A DNA stretch of 62,399 bases, counting the filler, from Sphacelaria rigidula (lineage: Eukaryota), in assembly GCA_964200075.2 (NCBI GenBank). It is 9 parts of 9 records of this genome, joined end to end, with 100 filler letters (N's around TTAATTAATTAA, not from the genome) between each part and the next. Parts side by side here need not be neighbours in the genome. Positions count along the whole stretch, not along the records: positions 34,724 to 41,567 come from CAXNAA020017801.1; positions 41,668 to 48,511 come from CAXNAA020017802.1; 7 more parts are not named here. One strand, written 5' to 3'. Below, one piece after another: positions 34,792-46,600 of the stretch (position 1 is the stretch's first letter; each line of letters begins with the position of its first letter). The translations under genes were made by a program, and so were the position numbers. The notes below the pieces were generated by a model, which was given only the letters and a program-made list of their open reading frames with translations, was not told the origin of the DNA and made no database searches.

Positions 34792-36215
34792 AACCACACC
34801 AGCGTTGGGGCTTCCGACGACAGCTTGCCGACGGGCAGACGTGGCGCCGACAAGAGACGTGGCGCAGGCACACGCGCGCCTAAAGCTAAGCGGAGGAAGG
34901 GAGACAAGCGCTACGTGTGCCCAGCCCGTAATTCAGACAAAAACTCGTCGGTGCGTCCTTCACAACCTCCGAACCCCGTGTCCTCATCGGAGGATGGCAC
35001 TGTCGCTGTTCGTGGTACCGATAGTGGAGATGACGTCAACAGGCGCAACAATACCGGCGGCGTGGCGTGCGAGGGAAGTCCGCGCAGAAGGGGAGGTAAA
35101 ATTAATGTGGACGACTCCCGCGACAAGGATGTCGTCGGAGACAGAGACCGTGAAGAGGATAGTTGTGATAGTGATCCGAACAATAAGGAGTCGATGGTCT
35201 CCACCAAGAAGCGACACAAGGAAGGTGGCGTCTATTCATCCGAGGAAGATGACTCAAGCGGATCCGAATCACCCTCCCACTCGGGACCCGACGACGCTGT
35301 CAGCGAACACCACAGGGATGGGAGGGTGGGCAGTCCTATGGCAGTAGGCGGTGGTGGCGCTTTGGTTGGTGCAAGTGCCGTTCACCCTCCTGATGGGTGA
35401 GGATATATTACATTCACGCGTGCAGGAAATGAGACAGTAACGGACAAACGACGTACATCTGACTGTACAAACAGAGATACAATAATAATGTAAAATAACG
35501 GTACTCGCCTCGCGATAAATTTAAACAAAGGTAACGCCCCCCGGTTTCTCAAACCGGGACGGCGCCATCTGTGTCGCCGGAGTATTTATTTCTCGCAATT
35601 CCCTAGTCTGTACGAAGTATTCGAGAACGCTACGTATCGCGAGGTGTGTAAACATGTCGATGTTCTTTGCCCCCATCCCAACATTTGCATCGCAGTGTTA
35701 CAGCGAAGCTGCGGCAGGTTATCAAAGAATTCCACGCTAAGATCTCGGCAGGATTGGTCCCCAATAAGGAGGCGGACGTGTGGAACGCGGTGGTTACTGA
35801 CCTGCAAGATGCAATGGAACGCGACGACAACAGGCCAAGAACGTCCACTTGCTCGGAACTTAGACGTCGGCGACCGCATCCGCAAAGATGGATATGAGTC
35901 TTCTACGGCCTACGTATTCGCACCGTATTGGACAACGCCCCCCCCAAAGGGCGCAAATAAACTGTCTCAATCAGAGTTTAATGACGAAGGGTCCAGGCGG
36001 TACATTTTTTCCTCCGGAGATGGGCATGGATCCCTCCTCCAGTTGGTTATGGATAAAGAACGGGAGTTCCTTAAGTCTGCCGCGGATGCCGCGATGTGGC
36101 GTAAGACCAAAGGAGGCGTAGAGGAGAGACGCACCACCCGGGGAGGGAGTTCGGCGGGCCAATACTGAGTAGTAGGAGCTGGTGTCGCAGACGTAGTGTG
36201 TAGGCCTATCCGGGA
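34792..36215 (+). pseudogene. Spliced, frameshifted gene remnant of unknown function (disordered acidic/basic exon, then a globular-looking exon)
   Basis: ORF to candidate donor gtgagg at about 35397; second block 35608-36215 needs two frameshifts (LYEVFENATYREVCKHV/..VTAKLRQVIKEFHAKI...DLQDAME/..YVFAPYWTTPPP...LLQLVMDKEREFLK). Confidence 0.5.
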
Positions 36216-36249
36216 CGTTTATAGGGAGGGGGGGGGGGGGGAGAGCTTC

Positions 36250-37190
36250 ATTACGCAGAAACAACCGCTCGTCATTTTACACCGCCTAACTCGCCGAGTG
36301 GATTTCCCTCTCCGTTGTATCGTGCTCGAATACATGATGACCCCGACGAAGAATGCAATGGTGCTTCGTTCCCCCTGCGCGTCGAGAAGTTCTGAAATTG
36401 TTTTGTGGCAGGACGGAGACGGTGGCTGCCTCGGCCCTTCATGCCTTAGCCTGTAGGTCATGCGTATTTTCTACATGTGTCTGGATATCTGTCGACAGGT
36501 AACAGGAATATACTCATTGAGTCGCGTGAGTGGCGTGGGTATCGCTTCTTTAGCAGTGATGTTGTACTCTCAGTGAAGCTCATCTATGCTAAGTCCACGT
36601 AATGCCCATGTAATTTGGCCATGAACGGTTTCATTTGATCATGACGACTTCGGCGCTGTTCGCGTCGGCGTCCGGTTCGTGGCGTGGTTCGTCGTCGATG
36701 CTTCATCTTCCTCATAGGCAGGCTGAGGTAGCCCCCCCAAAGAAGCAGCTCGAACCCCCCACGAAGGAAGTGGCCATACAGCGCCTGATATTTGGTTTCA
36801 GGGTGTATGAAGCGACTCGTTGGGACGACTACGGCGAAACCCCCCCCCAATCCTTGATTTTCGAAGCTGCTCCCTGTGCCCTGCGTTTCTCGTATCGATT
36901 TACGTGTAGATTTGGCGTCCCAAAACCAGCCATTTCTTGTGAAGGGCCTATCTCGGCATCAGGACTGTAACATGCTCCTTGCCGGATGACGGATGGTTTG
37001 GACCTCGCACTAATACTTCCAGGTGTGAGGGATTGGAACGAGGCTGCGGTTCCAATATTGGGTTGTTCCTTTGCAGCAGTTTCGCGCACGTGAAAAGAGT
37101 GTACTAGCCCAAATTCAGTTATAACACCAAAAAGGGTCGGTTCGGCCTCGCGAAATCGCCTCGAACGGTCTATATTTTCACCCCCTCTGC
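36250..37190 (-). pseudogene. Degraded coding-like sequence convergent with the previous remnant
   Basis: Long frames with stops (HGQITWALRGLSIDELH*EYNITAKE...TISELLDAQGERSTIAFFVGVIMY). Confidence 0.35.
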
Positions 37191-38016
37191 ACACGTTTGT
37201 GTCCAGTTTGTGGGGGGACTATCTCGGCAGGAGTCGTGTGCTGTAACCTCTTAGTCGGCCGAATAAAAAACACGTAGTCTCTTCCGAGAAAGATGCAAAA
37301 CGAGAGAGTGCGAGCCGTGGGCCATCGACGTTGTCGATCATGGGCCGCAATAACTCTCAGAACAAAACAAACCAGTTCCAAATACCGACAGAGGGAATAA
37401 CAATGTCCTGCACACACATATTACACCCTATTGCCTGCTGATGAGTCAACCTATCGAGATCAAGGTCGTACTCAATAATTTATAAGTTAACAAACATTCC
37501 TTTCCTAGTTGCCTTGCTACGGTACTCTACTGCGATAGACTATCAAACCGGTTCAGTCGATTATCCACGACGATACACCAGTAGCGTACCCTCGTAGTAG
37601 CACTGCAGGCAAGTAGGTAGCTACTGGATTGTTTCTGCTCTTCGCTTCGAAAGTGCGTATATCTGGAAACGACGACCACCGTGCTTCGCCCCAACAGCTC
37701 CAACACCGCTGCCTGGGCACACACCGTTTAAGAAAATAGGCATCGCCAACCCGCGGTGCTTTTTACTTGACGACATAGCCCAGGGTGTTACTACAAGGTT
37801 TCTGATGATTCTCGCATGCTTGCGAGCGCCACGGCGTCCGCCAAGGGTAGCTCTGCGGAGTATTGCGCTGCGGTCCGAAATGGCGTTCGCCAAACGTGAA
37901 GGCTTGGCGAAAGAATCTAGGCGCTTCATTTTCGGAGAAGGTCAAGTGCCAGGTGCGAAAACGCCTAAAATCTTGGCGATCTCCCCAAAACCGGTGTCGA
38001 TAATAACGGCCCTTAA

Positions 38017-38116
38017 CCCTTAGACCACGAGGGCAGTCCGTTAGGATCATGCATGCACGTTTCTCAACTGAAATTGATGCCATGTCAACAGATGACCTAC
38101 TCTCGCCGTCAAAGGG
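38017..38116. mobile_element. ~100-bp piggyBac-type MITE; other copies 55670-55771, 44316-45036 (with nested inserts), about 44215-44311
   Basis: CCCTT..GACCGCG termini flanked by TTAA or one-mismatch variants (ttca, tcaa, ttag). Confidence 0.8.
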
Positions 38117-38122
38117 TTCAGA

Positions 38123-38253
38123 AACACTCTGCACCCCCCTTGCCCGAGAGTTCTCGGTATGCCTTGGTCGATGTTAGGACTGGGGGTAGCGTTAGGGTTC
38201 GTGGCATCTCCATAGTACCAACCATTGTGTACGTACATTTCTTTAGATCCCCT
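38123..38253. mobile_element. Partial copy of the TTAGGG-type MITE
   Basis: acactctgcacccccttgcccgag..ttctcgg...agtaccaaccattgt.tacgtaca matches 5638-5767. Confidence 0.8.
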
Positions 38254-39704
38254 CTGTCGAGTACTTGTGTAGGGATGCATCCTTGTCACAAGGACATATA
38301 TGTCATCCCTGTCACAAGGGCATCCCTGTGCCGATACTTCACAGGTGAATCCTTTGGGGGAACCCTCTCTCACGGGTGGCATGGTCACAGGAATTTCGTC
38401 CCACCCCTGCACTGATCCTCGTCAGCTAACCAACAGTAGGGATGTTTGCCCACGTGTGTGCCTTGTTCAACTCGCCAACGGCTCATTGCACGGCCTCGTT
38501 TTTGCTGCAGACTAAGACGTGGACAATATTCAATTGCTTCCAAGTGCTTTGCTCTCATGTTCTCGTGACATTCACCGCATAACCACTGTCTTCGTGCTCC
38601 CGAATCAACAAGAACGCAAAGAAATAGCCCGCCGTGATCAGGCTTTTGTTGTTTTGACTCCTGTTTGAAGTTTTCCATCATCTTCAAGAGGCTTTGGGGG
38701 TTCGGGATCGACACCCCGCGAAAAAGAACCAGTGTGGGCGACTTTCGATGGCCAGAACGTGCGCCACAGGTATCAGACGACACCGAAACCTAAGAGGTAA
38801 TGTACCGCTGCGCCTTAATCGTGCATTGCAAAAGAAAGCGCGTGATAAGATGCCCTACCGCCAGAGAAAACTCGGCAAAAGTAGTGAACAGTGCGAAATG
38901 ATACATGTACATATCGAACCTACGCTACGCGTACGGAAAGATACTAGCTAATGGTGACGAGTGGTCAGTCACATAGCACAGTATCCCCGTAGCGGATAAT
39001 TCGGCGCTCTCCGCAGCGGAGCAGCAGAACACAGGTGCTACCACTAAGCAAGCCGTGTCGCTGCTGCGCCCGGAACTAGCAGCGATAGTGTCTGTCATCC
39101 GGGTCAAGTTGAAGGGGAGTGAGCAGCCCAGGGAGAAAATTGCGTTGGTCAGAAGCATGTCTTTATTCACGGTAGCGTCTAGAACAATAGGTAAAGGGGG
39201 ACTTGACATATAGGTTGGCGAACATTGTTTTGCGGTTGCCGGAAGATAAAGGTATGGTATTGAAGTTTCGATTTAAACACACGCTGCAGGAAGGTTCAAA
39301 GCACATGCGTAGGAAGGTTGGCGTTGATAAATAGAAGGTGAAGGCTGGCGTCGATCATTACTTTTGTTGTTGGAAGTGCGTCCTTAAGGAGGAGAAGTAG
39401 GACATAATCCATGTTAGCCTTTTGTTTTTCCCTATCTTCGATTTTTGTGTGAAGGACGGGGAGAGTACACGCGCACGCGTACGCGTAATGTTTGACCCGT
39501 TCGTTCGCGCATTTTGTTTATCTTTTCAAACGGAATACTGTGACGAAAAAAATACGTAGGAACAACGGAAAACGAAAAAGGTATACGTGTTCTAAAATTT
39601 ACCCAAGCCAGAGATAGCCTGGCGGAACGAGACGACAAAAAACGTTCCGAAAATCTCCGAACCTTACAAATAGCTCAGGTATGGTCTGCAATTTACCATA
39701 AAGT

Positions 39705-40970
39705 ATACGGCCAGGACAGGGACAGTAAAATTCTTCTCCAAAATTCATCGAACCGCGAGAAATCGGCTGTTGAATTCACCTAACCCCGAATCCCGGGAAA
39801 TCGAATCTAAGGAACACAGAAAGGTCGACGAAAAAAGCGCCCTAAGACTGCAAACACGTAACAACGATCACAGCGTCTATGATTGTCGTCGATTACAATC
39901 ATATAGATATTACGCACGCATATGTCGCGATTACACGAGTCAGACGAATATGATGTCAGGAAATGTAATCGCGTTACCGTTTGAACGTCATGTGTTGGTC
40001 ATAAACAATAAAGGCTGCGAATGCCAAATAATAGACAATCCAGAAGGAGACATAAAAACAATAAACCTGCGAATCGAAGATTCACCGCACTCCGAGAAAT
40101 CGAAGCAATTGTTTTGTTATTGTTGCTTACGCTCTCACTGATTGGATGCCTACGCTGTAAGGAAAGCTAATCGCGTTACCGCTTCAACTCGAGGGTGTTC
40201 CACATAAACAGCCATATATGGTCCAAAAGAAAACTCCAGCCTGAAGGAAACATCGACGCTTTTTTTGCGTTTTGGTCGCGTTGCATGTAAGATTGAAGTT
40301 CCCGTTTTTCAGAATAAAAATGTCAGGACTACCAGTCCAATTTACAAAAAAATAGACGGCCAGGACAGAGACAATACAATTCGGCTCAAAGATACATCGA
40401 ACCGCGGGAAACAGGCTATTAAATTCACCGAACCCCGAACCCCGAACCCCGGGAAATCGAATCTAACGGACACAGGAAGGCCGACGAAAAATGCGCCATA
40501 CGGATGGCTGCAAACAGGTAACAACAGATACAGCGTCTGTGATTGTTGTTGACTGAAATCGAAGCAAAGCAAGGCCTGCGAAAAAAGCGCCGGGCGGTAA
40601 GCTGCAATTTTTCATTGTTCTTGCTACGCTCTCACTGATTGGACGTCCAAGCTGAAAGGAAAACTAATCGCGTTACCGCTTCAATGTGAGGGTGTTTATA
40701 TGTTGCACATATATTCCGGGCAACTTGGAATCTTGTCCTCGTCTAGGGTGAACGGTGATGGGAAATCATTGCACAACCTGATGAACCTTACGTTATCATG
40801 TGCTTTGCGCACTACAGCCACACATATACAGCGACATAGTCCAAAAAAAATCTAGCCCGAAGGAAACAGATACGCTCTTCTTGCGTCCTGGTGTCACCTG
40901 TGTTCATCGCGTGTATGTATGTATAGTTGGAAATTACCGTTTTTAAGAATCAAAGTGTCAGATCCACCAT
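39705..40970. repeat. Diverged tandem duplication, two ~630-bp units (about 39705-40340, 40355-40970)
   Basis: Collinear blocks gccaggacag, catcgaaccgcg, gggaaatcgaatctaa, tacgctctcactgattgga, ctaatcgcgttaccgcttcaa, gaaggaaaca in both units. Confidence 0.9.
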
Positions 40971-41894
40971 CAGGGCTCCGCGTGTTGCCTATTACGCGCA
41001 CACTTTCAGGCATTGACTGCTTGGGTCGAAGGTCGAATCCTGCCCCCCCGTCGAGCGTGAACGATGATGGGAAACCATTGCACTATCTCGTCAAGCTTTC
41101 GAAAATGAAAAATGTCGTCGGGTGACGTGAAGCTGAAGGGGTTTGCTAAGTGTACTGTTTGAAGAGTAGGTATAATTGTCCCGCTTGAACGGGAGCGTTC
41201 GCACGTAACATTCGTTAGACATATTATACCTAATAGTAGCTCTATGGAGCCGGGGCGCAGCAATAGGAGCAGAGTGTGGCGACAGTGCGAGGGTAGCAGG
41301 AGTAACCAGGCAAGCGAGCAAGGCAAGCCAACAAGTAACAGGGTGTGGGTGGCATCTAGCCACCCCGAAAGATTTTGCCATAATGTACAGTTGCTGCCGC
41401 GCCCCGGTGGTGTAATGGTCCGACTTTCGCCATTAGGGTCGAGAGAACGGGGATTCGCTTCCCGATGCGTTGGAGTTTTCCTTCGTAATGTATGATTTTC
41501 ACCGTGGAAAGCGTGAGAATGTGAGTGAACAAAGTAGTCCACTGGGTTTGTGTGACGTGAGTTGACGNNNNNNNNNNNNNNNNNNNNNNNNNNNNNNNNN
41601 NNNNNNNNNNNTTAATTAATTAANNNNNNNNNNNNNNNNNNNNNNNNNNNNNNNNNNNNNNNNNNNNTAAGATGCGGGCAATCAGGCAGAAGAAATCGTG
41701 AATTTGGTGATTTTGAGTCGTGATGATTTGTCTTAACCGTGAAAACATCCTAAACCAGTAAATAACAAAAACCAACCTGACCCACTTTTTTTGCTTCATT
41801 ATGCCCTAGCGAGGTCCCACACAAAATTCAAGTACACAAGTACTGAACCTGGGCAGGTAAGTGGCCTGAAAAATACTGTTCCGAATTTTGACCG

Positions 41895-43245
41895 GCCCGG
41901 CTTTCAGACGACCCATTCTCAGCTCAATTTTTAGAGTTGACCTTTAAAATTTGGTACGGACAATGAATAGGGCATAATGGAGAGTTTCGGGGAAAAGTTT
42001 GCTCGCATCTTAGAGTCAGGTGGAAGGAAAAATAGCCGGTAACGGTGCACGTTCGACTCTGAAAAGTTTTTGAGAGCGAATTTTTCAGAGTCCTAGTCCC
42101 CTTTGGACCTCTTTACTCTGAAAACCCATGTGCCTCTTCAAGGTTCAAAGTATAACGAAAAGGAACTACCGACACATCACTCCCCCACAACAGCATCGCG
42201 TCCAGTTCGCAACCCATACACCCACAACACCAAGACGGTCCTAGCAGACGCTGGTGAGAGTGTAGTGACGAACAGTGTTAGATCTATAATCTGCAACCTG
42301 CTCCTTTAGATTGAAGTCAAGCGATGTCTCAGTCGTCACGGTGGTGGAGTTTTTTTTTATTGTTGTGATGCGGGAAATGTCGACTCCTGGGTTCGGCACG
42401 CACGTGTTATCGTGGATGCAACTGCCCTATTTGAGAATCGCGGGCTCTACTTGCGACTGCACAAGTTGGCCTAAGATCCGTGGTCTGCCGCGAGGCAGTG
42501 CTGTACTGCCGATGGATGTAGCCAAGTCTGCCGTGGTTCAAGGTGACACCATGATTCGACGTCGTTACTATGCGGCTCGCTCTCTTCTTCAGTTGGACGT
42601 ACTGTAGTTACCGCTGTAATGCACTTGGGCGCTGCACTGTTTGTACAGCCATGTTCTCCTGTGTACTACTCTCTGTTACAGTATATACCCCACTCTCTGA
42701 TCCATTTATGCTACGGCACTCTATTGTCGTGCTTGCACTGCACTGTACTCTACTACATTGCACTGGATTGCACTTCTAACTACTCTCAGTAGCAGCACTT
42801 CAATGTGCTGTATTGCGATCACCGTAGAATTATCAACGATGCAGTAGGTGCGCTATCGTAACTCCCCTGGCTCAATGCGTCTCTAAGTCGGCACAACCTG
42901 CGGCCAAAATATCTATATCAAGCCACGTCACATCAGCTTCCTCTATGAACTGTTCAGCGTCCACTCTGAAGTTTCGAAGCTTCCACTCTGAACCCTGACT
43001 CAACGATGATTTTTTTCCTCCCCGAAAATCTCTAATTAAAAAGTGTATGCGTGGACTCAAAGTTTTTTTTTCTTCATGACTTCAAGGCAATGATCAATGT
43101 TCGGGTTTCGGTAAAATGCTTTCAACTCATCGAAAAAAAGCTTTGAGTCCATGCATATACTTTCTGAATATGCCCTGTTCATTATCCATACCAAATTTCA
43201 AGTTCCAACTCTAAAAACTGAGCTGGGCATGGGCCTGAAAACTAC
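41895..43245. mobile_element. ~1.35-kb foldback element with long imperfect TIRs; small hairpin MITE nested at about 43035-43165
   Basis: cagctcaatttttagagttg...aaatttggtacggacaatgaatagggcata (41920-41977) vs reverse complement at 43169-43228; aaagt.tatgc.tggactcaaag.ttttttt inverted pair. Confidence 0.7.
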
Positions 43246-44336
43246 AGATCCGCTTCTAGGCTAACCCAGCTGTAACCTAACGGTTTGCTACTGAAAATGT
43301 GAGTTTGCCCAAAAAAAAAAATGCGGCCATCGGAAAACGGTCTCAAAGAGCAGAGCAATTCATTACAAGGTACTGTATAAACATCTGCCTAGCCCTCTTC
43401 AACGGCGTGAAACGACGGAGAAGGGCAAACGAGGGAGTTTTCAACAATATCTTCTTTACACACAAAAGGTGGCCTCAGCCTTGATATTTTGACCGCGAGG
43501 GTACAGTGTTCAATCGAAACACACCTACACTAGGGGTCAAGGTGTAAGCCCTTTGACAGCGACCCCCCCGCAGGCTAGAGAAAGTTCCGAGAAAAAGGCT
43601 CGATTCTGTGTTGGGGAAGAATCGATGTTTTGTACAGAAGCGGGAAGAATTTTCCCACATGTTTATAGTGGTTGCAGTATCTAGAAGTCGTTTCAGAACA
43701 CATTGACATGTAAGATTGCCTGTGTGATGAACCAAGTGAGTCAGTTCAGTGTGGGAGAAGCAGTAAGGTACAAGGGCAAGTGCATCCACGATGAAGTGAC
43801 AATAATGGTGTCTGGGTTGAAGTCGAAGTTTATGAGATCCGGGATACGGGTGTGGTGCGACCATCAGTTGGTGACAGCATCGCGAATCGATGTTGTCTAA
43901 GATTTTTCCCGCCCACCCCCCCCTTTGGCGTTTTATCGGATTGGATTGGGTTTGACGATTATCGGATGGAGTTTGCGGCGCATGGCGCCACTGTCGAGGA
44001 TTTTTCCCTGGGAGTCAGGTTTTTCCTCACAGAGTTTTTTTCGAGGGCTGGGTTTTCCCGCGGCAGTGTTGAGAGTGTGATATTATTTTCCGAACACCTT
44101 TCTGACCATCCGCCCGATGCTTTCGATGGAGGAAGTGGCACACGGGCCTGTCAGTCCCAATAAATTCCGCTTCTCGTGCTTCATACTCAATTTGAGAAAT
44201 ATCAACATCTAAAACAGCCCGATTTGGGGTCCACCAAGGCCGACCACGCATCCTTTTTCAAGTGAATATTGATGCCGATTCAGTAAGTCACCTACCCTCG
44301 CGGTCGAAGGGTTAGCCCTTAGCCCGTGCTTCGGGT

Positions 44337-44594
44337 ATGTGTGCTGTCGCCCCATTTGTTTTTGGTACTCCATCTTCCTTCTACGGTGCTTGCCTTTCCT
44401 TTTTTATCGCGAGAGGTGTTCAGCAGTCCCTTTCGCTCGTCGGCCATCAAGTCGAATTCTGTGTACTCGCGACTCAGTCGCTCTCCACTGTTGGTCATGG
44501 TGTGAGAAAAAATCCCGGATCGCTCCGAGATTTAAACCCACGACCCAACCGTCAGAAGATTCCGAGGTTACCAACTGAGTCACCGGGGCGACCG
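44337..44594 (-). mobile_element. tRNA-derived SINE, near full length, inserted in a piggyBac-type MITE
   Basis: Head gccccggtgactcagttgg...ggtttaaatc; degenerate 13-bp TSD ccgtgcttcgggt / ccgcggtgcgggt. Confidence 0.8.
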
Positions 44595-44687
44595 CCGCGG
44601 TGCGGGTGATCCATCTTGATCACGCATACGCTTATCAAGTGAAAATTGATGCCGAGTCAGCAGGTGACCTACCCTCGCGGTCTATCG

Positions 44688-45027
44688 AAAAAGACCTGGG
44701 GAAAGGTTCGTAGATGATGGTTGATGGGGAACATCATCGAATGTTACAGAATAATACTCACACTAATCCTCACCCTACCCCTGACCCAAGGCGCACGAGA
44801 CCCTCGGGCGAGGAGGGGGCATAGTTTCCCCTAGGCAAAGTGTGCGTTGGCAGACTTCGAATCGTCGCGGCAGGCTCCGATTTCGACGAAAACACGTTTT
44901 GGACGAGCTGGGTCCACCACTCACCTGCCCCGAACAATATTGTTTTTCAAAACTTTATCAACTCTAAAATCGAATTGTCATCCCTGTCAACCATTGTGTA
45001 CGAACATTTATTTCATCAGGTCTACAG
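44688..45027. mobile_element. ~340-bp TTAGGG-type MITE inserted in the TIR of a piggyBac-type MITE
   Basis: Internal homology to 56168-56501; flanks gtctatcg / ctctaagg both resemble host TIR gtcgaagg. Confidence 0.75.
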
Positions 45028-45634
45028 CTCTAAGGGTCAACGGGCTTCTTATTATGCTAGAAGCCACCGTGTCGTGTAACCATTCAAAGATGAATGTCAC
45101 GCCGGTCGAAAATAGATGTCATTGTGGAGTGGTGTTTGTCTGATCTTATGCTGGTTGAAACGGTATTATTTTCGCCGCATTCTTCGGGAACAAAGCACTT
45201 GGCGTTTGCCTGCTCATTGCTGTTTCGGCGTGTTTTGTTGATTACACTTACTCTTTAAAAAGATACTGCCTATACTGTCTGTTGAGGTGTTGCAAGTACC
45301 GCGGGTAGAGGTGGTGCCAGTACTGTGCGTACGACCCGATACTCGACGTACTACTCTGTACCGTGCCCCTCCCCCCCCGCCCCCCCTACACCCGCCACTC
45401 GTGGATATCTTCGCCGTAGGTGTTACTCCGTCGGTGACCAGGGCGTGGAAGGTCATCGCCGAGAAAGATTCGGCAAAGTTTTCGCTGCTTGGTTTGGTCC
45501 GTTTCGTGCTCGCTGCTGTCTGCGAGTTGCGTCTGTCTGCCGTTGTCGTAGTCATTGTCCATTTTGCTTAAAAAATTGTGGGGGGGGGGGGGCGGGGGAG
45601 GTAGCAAACGTGTTTCAAATCGGTCACATTCGTC

Positions 45635-46600
45635 GAACACCAACTTTTGCGAGAATTATGTCGAAACGTATTTCACTTGGTTGGGTAGCTCTAAACAAAC
45701 AGACAACATAGAGCTCTACGAACGTGTTCGTCGAGTTCGGCGTTGCCTAACACGGAGAAGAATGCCTAAATGTGTTCCGAAAATTCGGGGACAGGCCAAT
45801 TTCATCCCCGAAATGACTCTGTTCCCTCTTTGGTGCCGAAAAGTGATGCATTGTGATGCATTGTGATGTATTGTGATGCGTAAAGGTTCGTGCTAAAGGA
45901 AAATATCTGGAATGTCCTAGCTCTAGGTGTTCCATTTTCGTAGTCGTTGTCGATTTCTGGTGATGAGGGGGCATCACTCAACGTGCGTCGTAGTACCTTT
46001 ATCGTAACCCATGAACACCAAATTTTGGTAGATTACTGTCAAAACTTATTCCGATAGGATAACAAAAGAGAAGAAGAAAAAAAACATTTTCGTCGGGTAC
46101 GGCGTTGCCAGACACATACTTAATGGCCAAATTTGATCCGAAAAACTAGGGGATAGACCATTTTCATCCCCGGATTATTATTGTTTTTGCCAAACGAACC
46201 GCATCAGTCTCGTAAACAATAATGCCAAAGGAGAGGGTCTGAAATGTCTCAGGTGTTCCATTTTCGTCGTCATTATCGATTTCTGGTTAAAAATGAGTGA
46301 TCAGGGGGCATCACTCAACGTGCGTGATAAAGTACCTTAAACGTAACCGCTGAACACCAAACTTTGCGAGATTACTATCAAAACGTATTTCAATGGGTTG
46401 AAAAATAAGAAAAAATAAGAGAAGGAGTATTCGTCGAGTACGGCGTTGCTGAACGACGACTTAATGGCGAAATTTGTTCCAAAAACCAGGGGATAGGCGA
46501 TTTTCATCCCCGCATAATTTTTTTTCTTTTCTTCAAAACGGATCGCATCAGTCCCATAAACATTTGCACCAAAGGAGAAGATCTGAGACGTCTAAGGTCG
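45635..46600. repeat. Tandem repeat, about 2.7 units of 340-380 bp
   Basis: gaacaccaa at about 45635, 46013, 46352; ttcgtcg.gt.cggcgttgc, tttcatcccc and ggggcatcactcaacgtgcgt recur in register. Confidence 0.9.

Noticed and set aside
42872..43060. Transposase-looking ORF (EWKLRNFRVDAEQFIEEADV)
   Set aside because: Largely overlaps the inverted-repeat arm and nested MITE of the foldback element; no catalytic motif.
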